Below are positions 42,122 to 52,180 of a stretch of DNA of 64,000 bases, piece by piece. Numbering within the stretch: position 1 is the stretch's first letter; each line of letters begins with the position of its first letter. The notes below the pieces were generated by a model. That model was given only the letters and a program-made list of their open reading frames with translations. It was not told where the DNA came from and searched no databases. Source of the DNA: Candidatus Sulfomarinibacteraceae bacterium (lineage in GTDB: Bacteria; Acidobacteriota; Thermoanaerobaculia; Thermoanaerobaculales; Sulfomarinibacteraceae); the NCBI GenBank assembly GCA_963796455.1, contig CAWCLO010000004.1, positions 1,024,001 to 1,088,000 of the forward strand, given 5' to 3'. Made by a program: the position numbers and the translations under genes.

Positions 42122-43222
42122 CTAGCCCAGAGGATCCGGAGAATCGAAACCCAAAAATACAGGTTCGGGTCGCAACTCGATCCCGAAGCGCTCAACGACT
42201 TGCTGTCGAATCTCCCGGGCAAATGCCACGAGATCGCCGGCGGAACCGCCTCCGTAGTGAATCAGTGCAAGCGCGTGGGCGGAGGAGATCCCGACAGAAC
42301 CCCGCCGCTCTCCCTTTGAAAACCCCGCTTTCTCGATGAGCCACGCCGCCGGGATTTTATGTTGCCCCTTCCTCATTTCGAAAGTGGGGACGATCTCTTC
42401 GGTTGGAAGATCACCTTGGATCATCGCCAACGCCGCATCATCGACCACGGGATTGATGAAAAAGGAACCAACGCTGCGGCTGTTCGGGTCGTCGGAGTCG
42501 ATGACCATCGACTTGGCTCTCCGAAGTTCCAAAACGGCGTCTCGAGTTTCGGCAAGCGACGCCGAAGCCGATCGGGCGTCGAGCATCTTCTGCAACTCCC
42601 GGTATTTGATCGACGGTGCACCTCCGCGGCGCAGGCGGTAGCACACGGTGAGCACCAGGTACCGTCCCGGCCGCTCTCGAAAAAAGCTCGTCCGATAGCC
42701 AAAGCCGCATTCCGCAGCGCGCAACGAGCGCACCGAGAGGTCGGTCAGATCCAGAACTTGCACCATGTCGATCACCGATGCCACGTCCTGTCCGTAGGCG
42801 CCCACGTTCTGGATCGGAGTTGCTCCGACCCGACCGGGGATCCCCGACAGACACTCCAGACCTGCGAGATCTTCCTCCACCGTCCGTTCCACGAGCGCGT
42901 CCCACTCTTCACCGGCGGCCGCGGTCAGCTTGACCTCTGCTCCAGATTCTCCCGTCGAGATACCTTGAAGAGCCACATGGAGCACGATGCCGGGCCAACC
43001 ACCGTCAGCCACCACGAGGTTGGATCCGCCCCCGACTATCGCCACCGGTAAATCCTCCTGTCGCGCCCATCGCAGCGCTTCAGAAGCGGTTTCGATGGTG
43101 TCCACTTTCACCAGATAGCGGGCTTCCCCTCCCAGATCGAGGGTGGTCAGTGGAGCCAGGGGCACGCCCGAGAGAATTTTTTGGCGCAGGGTCTGGGCTG
43201 AGTTGTCATTGCGTTCGGTCAT
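42122..43222 (-). CDS. murB: UDP-N-acetylenolpyruvoylglucosamine reductase
   Basis: GGGSNL, SGIPGRVGATPIQNVGAYG, FGYRTS, GSFFINP, HALAL, LRPEP. Confidence 0.96.
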   Translation of the reverse strand: MTERNDNSAQTLRQKILSGVPLAPLTTLDLGGEARYLVKVDTIETASEALRWARQEDLPVAIVGGGSNLVVADGGWPGIVLHVALQGISTGESGAEVKLTAAAGEEWDALVERTVEEDLAGLECLSGIPGRVGATPIQNVGAYGQDVASVIDMVQVLDLTDLSVRSLRAAECGFGYRTSFFRERPGRYLVLTVCYRLRRGGAPSIKYRELQKMLDARSASASLAETRDAVLELRRAKSMVIDSDDPNSRSVGSFFINPVVDDAALAMIQGDLPTEEIVPTFEMRKGQHKIPAAWLIEKAGFSKGERRGSVGISSAHALALIHYGGGSAGDLVAFAREIRQQVVERFGIELRPEPVFLGFDSPDPLG

Positions 43223-43410
43223 CAGGCGCTCAGTGTGCCTCAACGGAAGACAATCGACAAATCGTGAGATTTAAATTTCAAAGTTCGGTTGTGAAAATCT
43301 GCTCTCGAAGCGAGCATTTTTTGCGAAAAACTCCGCAAGTTCAACGATATTTGAACATATATATGGATATTCGTCTCCACTTGGATATAATGAGAAGAGG
43401 GCGGGGACAT

Positions 43411-44100
43411 ATGAAAAGACAGGTGGTCATGACACGTGTGGACAAGCCTGCGTTCGAGCAGGCGAGAAAGGCTCTCCACACGAGCGATATCGATCTCCAC
43501 CATGCTCCGTGGGACGACAACACCCTTGAACTTGTCCAGAGCACCAGATTCGATGTCATCATCATCGGTTTTCCCGGCCCGATCACCTCGCTCCGGCGGT
43601 TCGTCCGGTGTGTCAGGGCACCTGGTTCGGCCTGCCAACGATGCGGTGTCATCCTCCTCTCCGAACCCGACCATCTCGATGCCGCCCAGACCTTCGTCGG
43701 GGTCGGCATCAACCGCGCCGTCGCCTCGGACAACATCGGTGAGCTTCTCGACGCATCAATCGTCGAGCTCTCTTCGGTAGCGCCGCGGATTCCACTCCGC
43801 GCCCCGACCCGGGTGGTGCTTCACCTCGAGGACCGCCCGCTGCGAACCTTCTGCCAAACCGAAAACGTCTCGGAGACGGGCATGCTCCTGCGTGGATTCG
43901 GTCACTACCCTCCCGGTACGACGATCGATTTCGAAATCAATATTCCGGGCCAGAGCGACCCCATCCGCGGGTCGGCGACCATCGCCCGCACCACCAATGT
44001 CACCCTCGAACGGCTGGAGGGGGTTGGCGCCCGATTCGAAAACTTCCTCGGTGCGGATGGCGGAAGATTAACCGAATACCTCAACGACCACCTGCACTGA
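43411..44100 (+). CDS. Degenerate receiver-like domain + PilZ domain protein
   Basis: C-terminal half has PRIPLR...NVSETG...GARF, a PilZ-like pattern; N-terminal half is alpha/beta. Confidence 0.7.
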   Translation: MKRQVVMTRVDKPAFEQARKALHTSDIDLHHAPWDDNTLELVQSTRFDVIIIGFPGPITSLRRFVRCVRAPGSACQRCGVILLSEPDHLDAAQTFVGVGINRAVASDNIGELLDASIVELSSVAPRIPLRAPTRVVLHLEDRPLRTFCQTENVSETGMLLRGFGHYPPGTTIDFEINIPGQSDPIRGSATIARTTNVTLERLEGVGARFENFLGADGGRLTEYLNDHLH

Positions 44101-44142
44101 AGACCGGTCCGATATCAAACCGATTGAATCTGGGGGCTGGGT

Positions 44143-45123
44143 CTATCCCGGCCCTTCTTCATTCCATTCCCGCCACATTCTTTCGAGCTCGTCGACCAAC
44201 TCGATGTCGGCGCGGATGTCGTTGACCCGGTTGATCTGAACGATGGTGGTGGGCGAGGTGAAGTTGACCTCGGTGAGGTGCTCGCCGATGAAATCGAGGC
44301 CGAGCAGATAGAGACCCTCGGGGTTGAGATCCTCGGCCACGACGCGGCACGCCTCGAGTTGTCGCGGCGTCGGTTCGAGCCGCGCGGCCACCGCCCCCTG
44401 ATGGAGATTTGCGAGGCGCGATCCCGACGCCGGAACCCGCAGGACCGAACCGAGAACCCGATCATTTATAGTCAGTATGCGGAGATCACCGGACGATTCG
44501 ATCGCCTCGAGAAAGGGCTGCACGATCACGTGCGGTTGCCATTCCTGCCAGTATCGCTGGAGGGCTTCAACGGTTACATCCGGCTCGACAAAGGTCACAC
44601 CGATGCCGCAATAGGTGTTCTCCGGTTTGAGCACCACCTCACCTGAATGTGCCCGTACAGCGGCTTCCAGCTCGTCGAGGTTCGTACACACTGCGGTGGG
44701 CGCCGCAAATTCGGGGTATCGGAGTGCCGTTGTGTGCTCGGACAACTCGTAGGTCGCCGGCGGGCGGTTGATCTGAACGATCCGTTCCGGAGCGGACTCG
44801 AAGTGGCGGGTTCTCGAGATGAAGAGCTCATCCACCGGTGGGTCCTTGCGCTGCAGGATGACGCGGTACTCCTCGACCGAGGCCGAGCGCACGGGCCCGA
44901 GCTCCCAGAATGGCTTGCGATCCGCATCGGATACCAGAACAGATCGCACCGGGAGGTTGCCGAGAAATTTTTCCGAACTCTGATCGGGATCGGTTGCCGG
45001 CAGATCCAAATAGTCCACCGCGATCCCACGGGAGAGCAATTCCGTGCTCAAACACACTCCGAGATCGAATTCGGGGTTGAGATCCCCGAGGCTGTCAGCG
45101 ACCAGCAAGTATCGCGTCTTCAT
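44143..45123 (-). CDS. gshB: Glutathione synthetase-like ATP-grasp ligase
   Basis: QRKDPPVD, VLKP, GDLRIL, LANLHQGA, GLDFIGEHLTEVNFTSPT. Confidence 0.82.
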   Translation of the reverse strand: MKTRYLLVADSLGDLNPEFDLGVCLSTELLSRGIAVDYLDLPATDPDQSSEKFLGNLPVRSVLVSDADRKPFWELGPVRSASVEEYRVILQRKDPPVDELFISRTRHFESAPERIVQINRPPATYELSEHTTALRYPEFAAPTAVCTNLDELEAAVRAHSGEVVLKPENTYCGIGVTFVEPDVTVEALQRYWQEWQPHVIVQPFLEAIESSGDLRILTINDRVLGSVLRVPASGSRLANLHQGAVAARLEPTPRQLEACRVVAEDLNPEGLYLLGLDFIGEHLTEVNFTSPTTIVQINRVNDIRADIELVDELERMWREWNEEGPG

Positions 45124-45222
45124 GTCTGGCATTCTGCCATGGCCAAGCACCGAAGGTCACCCGTTGGGTTCAGGTGCCCGGACTCATTGACGTGGACAGG
45201 TTGTCCCTGTCAGCATGGATGG

Positions 45223-45999
45223 GTGCTTCATATCGAACCGATCTGTGCATTCTCCGATAATTATGTCTGGCTCATGTGGGCGCCGCCATTCGATGCCGCA
45301 GTTATCGTCGACCCCGGCGAAGCCCGTCCGGTCCTTCGCCAGGTTGAACGGCGCGACCTGCGGATCTCGGCGATTCTCCTGACCCACCACCACGATGACC
45401 ATGTCGGCGGCGTCCGAGACCTCCTGAAACGCGGTCCCGCCCCGGTTTACGGACCGAGTCACGAGTCGATCCCCGTAATCGACCACCCCCTCGACGAAGG
45501 AGATCGGGTTTCGCTCTCGGAATTCGGAATCGAGCTCGAGGTTCTTGATGTTCCAGGCCACACCATCGACCACATCGCATACGTCGGTCCTGGTTTTGCG
45601 CTCGTGGGCGATTCACTCTTCGCGGGTGGCTGTGGGCGAATCTTCGAAGGGACTCCGCACCAGATGTACAAGTCTCTGGCAAAAATCGCGGCGCTGCCAC
45701 CCGATACCTCCATCTATTGCGCTCACGAATACACCGCCGCCAACCTTCGATTCGCCCTCGAACTCGAACCCGAAAACCGGCAACTCTCCGATCGCCTCGA
45801 CAAAACCCGCGAGACCCGTATCCAGGGCCTCCCAACCGTCCCTTCGACCCTCGCAGAGGAATTGGCAACCAATCCGTTTCTGCGCTGTGACGAACCGGAG
45901 ATCAAGGCTGCGGCGGAAGCGCGTGTGGGCCGTCCTCTTGATGGACCTGCCGAGGTCTTCGCCGTCATCAGGCGCTGGAAGGACGGCTGGCCGGGATGA
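45223..45999 (+). CDS. gloB: Hydroxyacylglutathione hydrolase (glyoxalase II)
   Basis: FSDNYVW, THHHDDHVGG, PGHT, GDSLFAGGCGR, CAHEYT, TNPFLR; GTG start at 45223. Confidence 0.95.
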   Translation: MLHIEPICAFSDNYVWLMWAPPFDAAVIVDPGEARPVLRQVERRDLRISAILLTHHHDDHVGGVRDLLKRGPAPVYGPSHESIPVIDHPLDEGDRVSLSEFGIELEVLDVPGHTIDHIAYVGPGFALVGDSLFAGGCGRIFEGTPHQMYKSLAKIAALPPDTSIYCAHEYTAANLRFALELEPENRQLSDRLDKTRETRIQGLPTVPSTLAEELATNPFLRCDEPEIKAAAEARVGRPLDGPAEVFAVIRRWKDGWPG

Positions 46000-46271
46000 C
46001 GGATGCAAAAAAGATAACCATCTATACCAAAAGGTGGTGCGGCTACTGCTGGGCAGCCCGCAGGCTCTTTTCGAAGCTCGGGCTTTTGTTCGAAGAAATT
46101 CCGCTCGACGGTCGCCCGGAGCTGCGTCGTGAAGTTTCCTCGGCCGCCGGAGGTTGGCCCACAGTGCCGATGATTTTCCTTGGTGATGAGTTCATCGGAG
46201 GCTACACCGAAGCGGCAAAGCTCCACCGTCAAGGCGGGTTGCTGAGCGCCTGCGGACAAAGCTCTTCGTAG
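45996..46271 (+). CDS. grxC: Glutaredoxin
   Basis: CGYC active site, TVPMIF, IGG. Confidence 0.9.
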   Translation: MTDAKKITIYTKRWCGYCWAARRLFSKLGLLFEEIPLDGRPELRREVSSAAGGWPTVPMIFLGDEFIGGYTEAAKLHRQGGLLSACGQSSS

Positions 46272-46386
46272 ATCGCCGTGAGCAGCAGGCTTGACTTCGA
46301 AGAACCCTCAAGCCGGCGGTTTCGACGCGTCCGCCGGTTCCGTGTAGAATTCAGAACTCCAACGCGACTGGATATTCGAAATCACA

Positions 46387-47115
46387 ATGCCTACACCCCG
46401 TACCCGACTCCGATTGGTCCTCCTTCAGGTCCGCAGCGAAATCATCTCGTTGCGGCAGGAGCAGAGCTGTTTTATCGAGCGCTGTCGGGTCGCGAGACGG
46501 CAGTTCGAGTTCATCAATCTGGTCGACGAGCCCGAACTCCGCTGGCATCACGTGGAAAACGCACACGCCGTGATCATCGGCGGCGCAGGGGCATTCTCGG
46601 TGACCAAGGAACACCCGTTTACAAAACCCCTGCGCGATGTCGTGCACCAACTCATTGATCTCGACCGGCCGGTGTTCGGCGCGTGTTGGGGTCATCAGTT
46701 CCTTGGCGATCTCGGCGGCGGCACGGTGATCGAAGACAAGGAACGATCCGAGGTCGGCACCTTTCCCATCGAACTCACCGCCGACGGTCGCTCTGACCCT
46801 CTCTTCGAGGAATTCCCCGATCGCTTTCATGTTCAACTCGGGCACAACGACCGGGTCAGCAAACTGGGACCGGGGTGGCTCGATCTCGCGCGGTCGAAGA
46901 TCTGCCCCGCTCAGGCGATTCGTCTTGCAGACAAACCGGTCTACGGCACCCAGTTTCACAGCGAAATGGACGAAGAGAGCCTTCGCGAACGGCTGTTGGT
47001 CTTTCTGAAGGACTATGTAGGCGGCGAGGAAGAGTACCAACAGATCCTGCGCGGCCTGCGGCCGTCAATCGAAGCCGATCGGCTGATGGAGCTGTTTCTC
47101 GAAAAGTATGCATAA
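46387..47115 (+). CDS. Class I glutamine amidotransferase-domain protein
   Basis: GACWGHQ nucleophile elbow, QFHSE His-Glu dyad. Confidence 0.85.
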   Translation: MPTPRTRLRLVLLQVRSEIISLRQEQSCFIERCRVARRQFEFINLVDEPELRWHHVENAHAVIIGGAGAFSVTKEHPFTKPLRDVVHQLIDLDRPVFGACWGHQFLGDLGGGTVIEDKERSEVGTFPIELTADGRSDPLFEEFPDRFHVQLGHNDRVSKLGPGWLDLARSKICPAQAIRLADKPVYGTQFHSEMDEESLRERLLVFLKDYVGGEEEYQQILRGLRPSIEADRLMELFLEKYA

Positions 47116-47166
47116 CCGGACGATGCATCAAAGGGCCGGAGTGCCCAAGAAACCGAACCATTCCTG

Positions 47167-47376
47167 TCCAGGACATTGCCTCGTCCGGCGTTCAGGGACA
47201 GCGATCAGCGGCAGGGGCGGTGAACAGCCGCCGGATCATCGCACGAACCTGGTCAAAGAGGTTCATTGCGTCACGGCACCTGACAGTTGGCGCTGAACAC
47301 TGACAACTGTTCCCGGTCGCTGACAGCTGTCGCTGATCGCTGTTACCTGTCGCTGTCGCTGGACACTGTCCCTGCA
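47167..47376. mobile_element. Family B cassette, internally deleted copy
   Basis: tccagga...cgttcagggacagcgatcagcggcagg at left; cgctgtcgctggacactgtccctg at right. Confidence 0.75.
47221..47280 (-). pseudogene. 3' fragment of a four-helix-bundle gene
   Basis: Translates as DAMNLFDQVRAMIRRLF, versus QAMKGFDQVRAMTWRML at the C-terminus of 34394-34747. Confidence 0.75.
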
Positions 47377-47377
47377 A

Positions 47378-49240
47378 TCACGTGCTGATCAGAAGCGGAA
47401 CAACCACCCACGCTAGGGCCGCCGCTGCGGCATGGACCAACGCGGCGCCCCAGACGCTTCCGCTTCGCTCGCGCACCGCGCCGCAGACGAGACCGAGAAC
47501 AAAGCTCGAAACCATCCAGGCAAGAGTGTTCGTCCCCGCAATACCGAGCCAGGTGGGCGGTGCGAAACAGGCAGTGACCGCCAACATGTATGCGGCGGCC
47601 GACACCAGATTCGGTATCGAGAGGAAACGCCGGCCGCTCCACAGCATGATCGGGTAGGCGGTCACCAATGTCCCGTGGACCACCCCGCGCATCAGCACCT
47701 CGATGCCCACCACGCCAGCCAGCAGGGCCACCGCGTACCACCACCCGGTGATCCTGAACGCTTCAGCACCGAGAGCACCTTGGAGAGGGATCCACGCGCC
47801 TCCGGCCACTGCAGCGAGAGCAGCCACCGGCAGCAGGGCCACAGGGCCCCAGTTCCGCACTCGTCCGAGACCAAAATGGCCTGGGAATCGCGCCTTGCCG
47901 AGAACTGCAAGCGCCAGGGCGAGCCCGAGCAGAACCAGAGTTCCAATCGAGTAGGCCCCTGGACCACGTTCGGCAAAAGCGCCGAATCCGGCAAATCCCC
48001 CGGCGAGCACAGCCAAAACCACGACCGCGCTCGACGCTGCGAGGGCAACCGCGACGGACGCCAGCCGCCGTCCCACGGATGGGGGCTGATAAACCCAGCG
48101 ACAAATGCCGACGATCTCGTTCAGTGACAATGCGGTCCCGGTGGCTCGCGGTGAACCACCAATATCGTCGGAACCACCCCATTTATTGTCCCCTTTTGCC
48201 GCACGATCCAACAGATTGAGTCGTTCATAGACGCTCTCGAGGGTTGTCGACAAAAAGGGGTCGGTCTGACGGAGGGTATAGGTTGTTCCATCTTTCTCGA
48301 GCAGTAGGAGACCGAGGCGGTCGCCGTGACTTTCTTTGAGTTGTTCCTCCACCTCGTAGATCCCGGCATCCGAACGGCAGGCAAGGGCAAAGCGCTGCGG
48401 CCCGATCCAGACCCGTGCCGTTTCTTCGATCTCATGCAGGTCCTTGAAATCGGCGGCACTGTAGAACTCTTCGTCGATCTGTTGCAGAACTGACGCGGTG
48501 TACTCCAGAAAATCGACGTCGTTCCACTCTCCCTCTTTCTTGAGTTCGATTTCGCGGGCGCGAAGAGCGTTGATGAGGCCGAATGTGGCGCGCTGGAGTT
48601 CGTCTGAATAACCCGTGATCCCCGCCAATTCAAGGCCATGAGCGTCGATCGCTCCCTGGAGACGAACCATGGGCATGATTCGCCGCCGGAGATCGCTGCC
48701 GTCGTCGCTCAGACGGCGATGATTGAGCAGCAACCAGATCGCGAGTACGGTATCGAAATCGGGCTCGTTGGCATGAACGGTCCACCGTTCGCCGGCAAGG
48801 TCCAGGCCCTTGAGGATCACAACCATCGCCTGCTCACAGCTGGCGAGCGTAAAGGCTCGGACGCAGCCTTCGTGGTGGTCGAGGTTATAGACCCCGCGCG
48901 AGCCGTCCATAAACGGTTCACCCTGCGCGGCGCCATCCAGATAGATCGTGCCCTTGGGAGACTTTCGAGCCGACGATGCGGAGACGCTGAGACCGCGTTT
49001 GATCCGCACCCGTATATTCGAGGCCTCGACACACATCAGGTAGGACCCGACCTCGTCCTCTTTCCACTGGTAGCGCAAGGGGAGGTGCCGTTGAGTGACC
49101 GAAGCGTCAGAAATCACAGCAGTGACGGCGGTGTGGGGAGCGGTCGGTGTCTTGAGCAGGCCTGCCGCAGTCTTGAAGCGCTTGCTCAGATCTCCGATCC
49201 CTTGACGGCCTTCCTCGTCGGGTGGCGGATTCATGGCCAT
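47378..49240 (-). CDS. DHH-like phosphoesterase domain fused to a CPBP/Abi-like membrane domain
   Basis: NLDHHEGC, NEPDFD, DAHG, WGGS...GGSP in the N-terminal ~400 aa; C-terminal TMs with EVLMRG and RERSGSVWGAALVH. Confidence 0.65.
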   Translation of the reverse strand: MAMNPPPDEEGRQGIGDLSKRFKTAAGLLKTPTAPHTAVTAVISDASVTQRHLPLRYQWKEDEVGSYLMCVEASNIRVRIKRGLSVSASSARKSPKGTIYLDGAAQGEPFMDGSRGVYNLDHHEGCVRAFTLASCEQAMVVILKGLDLAGERWTVHANEPDFDTVLAIWLLLNHRRLSDDGSDLRRRIMPMVRLQGAIDAHGLELAGITGYSDELQRATFGLINALRAREIELKKEGEWNDVDFLEYTASVLQQIDEEFYSAADFKDLHEIEETARVWIGPQRFALACRSDAGIYEVEEQLKESHGDRLGLLLLEKDGTTYTLRQTDPFLSTTLESVYERLNLLDRAAKGDNKWGGSDDIGGSPRATGTALSLNEIVGICRWVYQPPSVGRRLASVAVALAASSAVVVLAVLAGGFAGFGAFAERGPGAYSIGTLVLLGLALALAVLGKARFPGHFGLGRVRNWGPVALLPVAALAAVAGGAWIPLQGALGAEAFRITGWWYAVALLAGVVGIEVLMRGVVHGTLVTAYPIMLWSGRRFLSIPNLVSAAAYMLAVTACFAPPTWLGIAGTNTLAWMVSSFVLGLVCGAVRERSGSVWGAALVHAAAAALAWVVVPLLIST

Positions 49241-49296
49241 GATTGTACCCCTACCCCGCCGTGCGGTTGTAAGATATCGCACGGATGGAGGAGATT

Positions 49297-50370
49297 ATGA
49301 ACAAAAAAATATACGTCGTCTTGGTGATCATCGTTGCGATCGTTGCCCTTTCAGCCTTTGCGGACGAGCCGGATTCAGCCGCGCTCGAGGCGATCGAACG
49401 AACTCGCGAGAGCATGGGCCATCAGTTCGACAGCCTGGCAAAAATGGTTGATGACGTGCTCTGGCACCAACGAGTCGGCGACATCGCCGTTGTCGACAAG
49501 AGCCGGATCTATGGTCCTCCACGTTGGAAAGAGGAAAATCCGACTGGAGTCAATGCGGGCAATCAACTCAAGTTTTATACCTACCTCTTTACACCAAAAA
49601 ACTTCGATGACGCGGGCAAGCTCCCGCTGCTGGTCCTGCCACATGGCGGCGTCCACGCGGATTTCACCACCTACTACGCGCACATCGTGCGTGAGTTGGT
49701 CTCCCAGGGCTACATCGTGGTGGCGCCCGAGTACCGCGGATCCACCGGATATGGACGCGGCATGTACGAAGACATCGACTACGGAGGCCTCGAAGTGGAG
49801 GACACGCTCGCAGCCCGCGACTGGGCCGTCAAAAACCACCCGCGGGTCGATCCGGACCGGGTCGGTGTTCTCGGTTGGAGCCACGGTGGGCTGATCACAC
49901 TCTTCAGCCTCTTCCGTTATCCCGATTCTTATGCCTGCGGTTTTGCCGGTGTCCCGGTCTCGGACCTGGTACAACGGATGGGTTATCACTCGCAGGGGTA
50001 TCGGGATCTCTACGAGGCCGACTATTTCATCGGCGCTTCGGCCCAGGAAAACCTCGAAGAATACAAGCGTCGATCCCCGGTCTGGTCCGTGGACAAGCTC
50101 ACGAAACCACTTCGTATTCACACCAATATCCACGATGAGGATGTCAATTACATCGAGGTTGAACACCTCATCCAGGCCCTCACCGCCGCCGGCAAGGACT
50201 TCGAACACGAGGTCTCCGATGTGCCTGGTGGACACAGCTTTGACCGTCTCGATACCCCTGAAGCCTGGCGCTACCGGAAACAAATCTACGCCTTTCTCGC
50301 GCGCTACCTCAAACCGCCGAATCCGGGGATCTCGCTCGGAATTACGGCGGAGGGCCGCGCCGCTCCTTAG
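49297..50370 (+). CDS. Secreted S9-family (prolyl oligopeptidase-like) serine hydrolase
   Basis: Signal peptide, PHGGVH, YRGSTGYG, GWSHGG, late Asp and His. Confidence 0.9.
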   Translation: MNKKIYVVLVIIVAIVALSAFADEPDSAALEAIERTRESMGHQFDSLAKMVDDVLWHQRVGDIAVVDKSRIYGPPRWKEENPTGVNAGNQLKFYTYLFTPKNFDDAGKLPLLVLPHGGVHADFTTYYAHIVRELVSQGYIVVAPEYRGSTGYGRGMYEDIDYGGLEVEDTLAARDWAVKNHPRVDPDRVGVLGWSHGGLITLFSLFRYPDSYACGFAGVPVSDLVQRMGYHSQGYRDLYEADYFIGASAQENLEEYKRRSPVWSVDKLTKPLRIHTNIHDEDVNYIEVEHLIQALTAAGKDFEHEVSDVPGGHSFDRLDTPEAWRYRKQIYAFLARYLKPPNPGISLGITAEGRAAP

Positions 50371-50435
50371 TCCGTCTGTTCGCGAGGAAAGTAATTCTCC
50401 AGAAGGGGCGAGGTTGATCCTCGCCTCTTTTGCTT

Positions 50436-50749
50436 GAAAGGGAGAAAGGGCGCAGGGGAGAAAGGGGGAACGCACCACACGATGCTCGATACTCGATGCT
50501 GGATGCTGGACGCTCAATCCCGAGACCGTTGCCATTACGGTTAACGAAAGGGGGAAAGGGAGAACCGTACCGGAGACGTCATTCGTGATAAGGGCCGCGT
50601 CTCCTCTGCCCCTCTGCTCCTCTGCTCCTCTGCTCCTCTGCTCCTCTGCTCCTCTGCTCCTCTGCTCCTCTGCTCCTCTGCCCCTCTGCCCCTCTGCCCC
50701 TCTGCCCCTCTTGCCCCTCTGCCCCTCTGCCTCCTCTGCCCCTCTGCTC
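50436..50749. repeat. Family C repeat mosaic, copy 1
   Basis: GGGAGAAA units, GATGCTC/GATGCTG heptamers, TCGTGATAAGG anchor at 50583, then a long CTCCTCTG/CCCCTCTG octamer array (~50600-50749). Confidence 0.9.
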
Positions 50750-50976
50750 CCGTACCCACAACCACCCCACATCCGTCACACTTCTCTCTCACTTTTTGCT
50801 CATCTTGCCCTCATTTCAAATGCGCAGCCGCGGCCAATCCTGAATACAGGACCAAGCGGCACGACAACTCGACCGGGAACGTGAAGGCCGCGGCGGATTC
50901 GCCGCACTTCGATGTGCCATAGAGGAGTTGGCACGCTCCACCTCAACCGAATCCCCGCTTGGTCCGAGGGGGCTCG

Positions 50977-51564
50977 ATGGTCGTTCGCGCTGTGCTGGCA
51001 GCACTCGTGATTCTGGCAACCATCATGAATGCACGTGCAGAAGAAAGCGGTGCGCCTCCCCCCTCTCGGGCCGTGTCCTCAGCGATCAACATCACCGCAT
51101 TTCGATCACCAGAAGTGATTGCTCCATTCGCAACTACCCGGCAAAAACCCTGGATTCACCCCGATCTGACGTCCGAACTCGCCGCAAAACTCACCATCGC
51201 GATCGAGATCGCTAACGACCGGATCAACACGCTACCGGCCTGTTCCGGTCTCTTCAGAAAACTCGGGAGCGAAGCCTCCGATACCCTCGGCTCGGTATTT
51301 ATTCTCCCTGCCCAGGATCAGCACGAAAAATCCGTGTGCAGCCGTGTTGTAGCCTTGACAATGATGGGGACATCAAAGACCTGGGTCTGTCAGAGCCTCG
51401 CGAAACTCTCGGACAAACAGGTGGCTATGGTCCTGATTCACGAAGCACTGCACCACGCCGGTCTCCGTGAACGGCCAAAAAAACTGGGCACCAGAATCAG
51501 GGACCGAACTGCCAAGACGTCGGCTGAGATCAATCAAATGGTCAGCATCTCCTGTCGTCTATGA
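50977..51564 (+). CDS. Secreted hypothetical protein with HEXXH zinc-metallopeptidase motif
   Basis: Signal peptide ending ARA; LIHEALHHAG. Confidence 0.65.
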   Translation: MVVRAVLAALVILATIMNARAEESGAPPPSRAVSSAINITAFRSPEVIAPFATTRQKPWIHPDLTSELAAKLTIAIEIANDRINTLPACSGLFRKLGSEASDTLGSVFILPAQDQHEKSVCSRVVALTMMGTSKTWVCQSLAKLSDKQVAMVLIHEALHHAGLRERPKKLGTRIRDRTAKTSAEINQMVSISCRL

Positions 51565-52180
51565 TTCGGAGAATGGGGCCCAGTCCGAACCATCACTTTC
51601 TCCCCACATTTCCTCCATTTCTTTGATCGAGACACAATACATATTTGAAATACGCATATTTTTTCCAAGAGGACTCCCCTCTTGAATCCTCCGCCCGTGT
51701 ACACGACCACGGGCCCTTTTTATATCTTGAGGAATCAACACAGTTCCCAATAGAAATTTTCGACAGACGGTCGAAGTGTCAGATCAGGAAGACAAGCTTC
51801 AAAGCGTGCCTCTTCTTGAGAACGTTTTCTATTCGGAATGCCCACAAATACCCCACACGAAAATCATATCTTCCTCATTTCTTATCCCACAAATTCCCCC
51901 AAGATTGAGAGAGATTTAAAAATGCGCGAATAAAATTTGGAGCCGAATGTTGACCTGACACCATCAAAAGGCTTGCACTTATGATCAACCGGACCCATAT
52001 TCGAAGAACAACGCCGGCGCGAGGGATGGGGTTCGCTGATTCGAAGATAGCGACTTGCGGTTTTCCGGCGAGTTCCCGGGGAAGAATCAAACCGACGCCG
52101 TCGAATTGGGATCGACAGGGGAATCCACTCAATGGTGGATTGACGGTAGTGCGAGCGAATCTAGGAGGAGGTTGGTTCAG

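Noticed and set aside
43321..43338. Palindrome TTGCGAAAAACTCCGCAA between murB and the PilZ gene as a Rex box
   Set aside because: Three mismatches to the consensus and no obvious redox link for the flanking genes.
49375..50772. 465-aa minus-strand ORF with RGAEEQRS repeats, and similar ORFs over the arrays at 53475 and 55541
   Set aside because: Translation of octamer arrays running antisense into a clear S9 peptidase gene.
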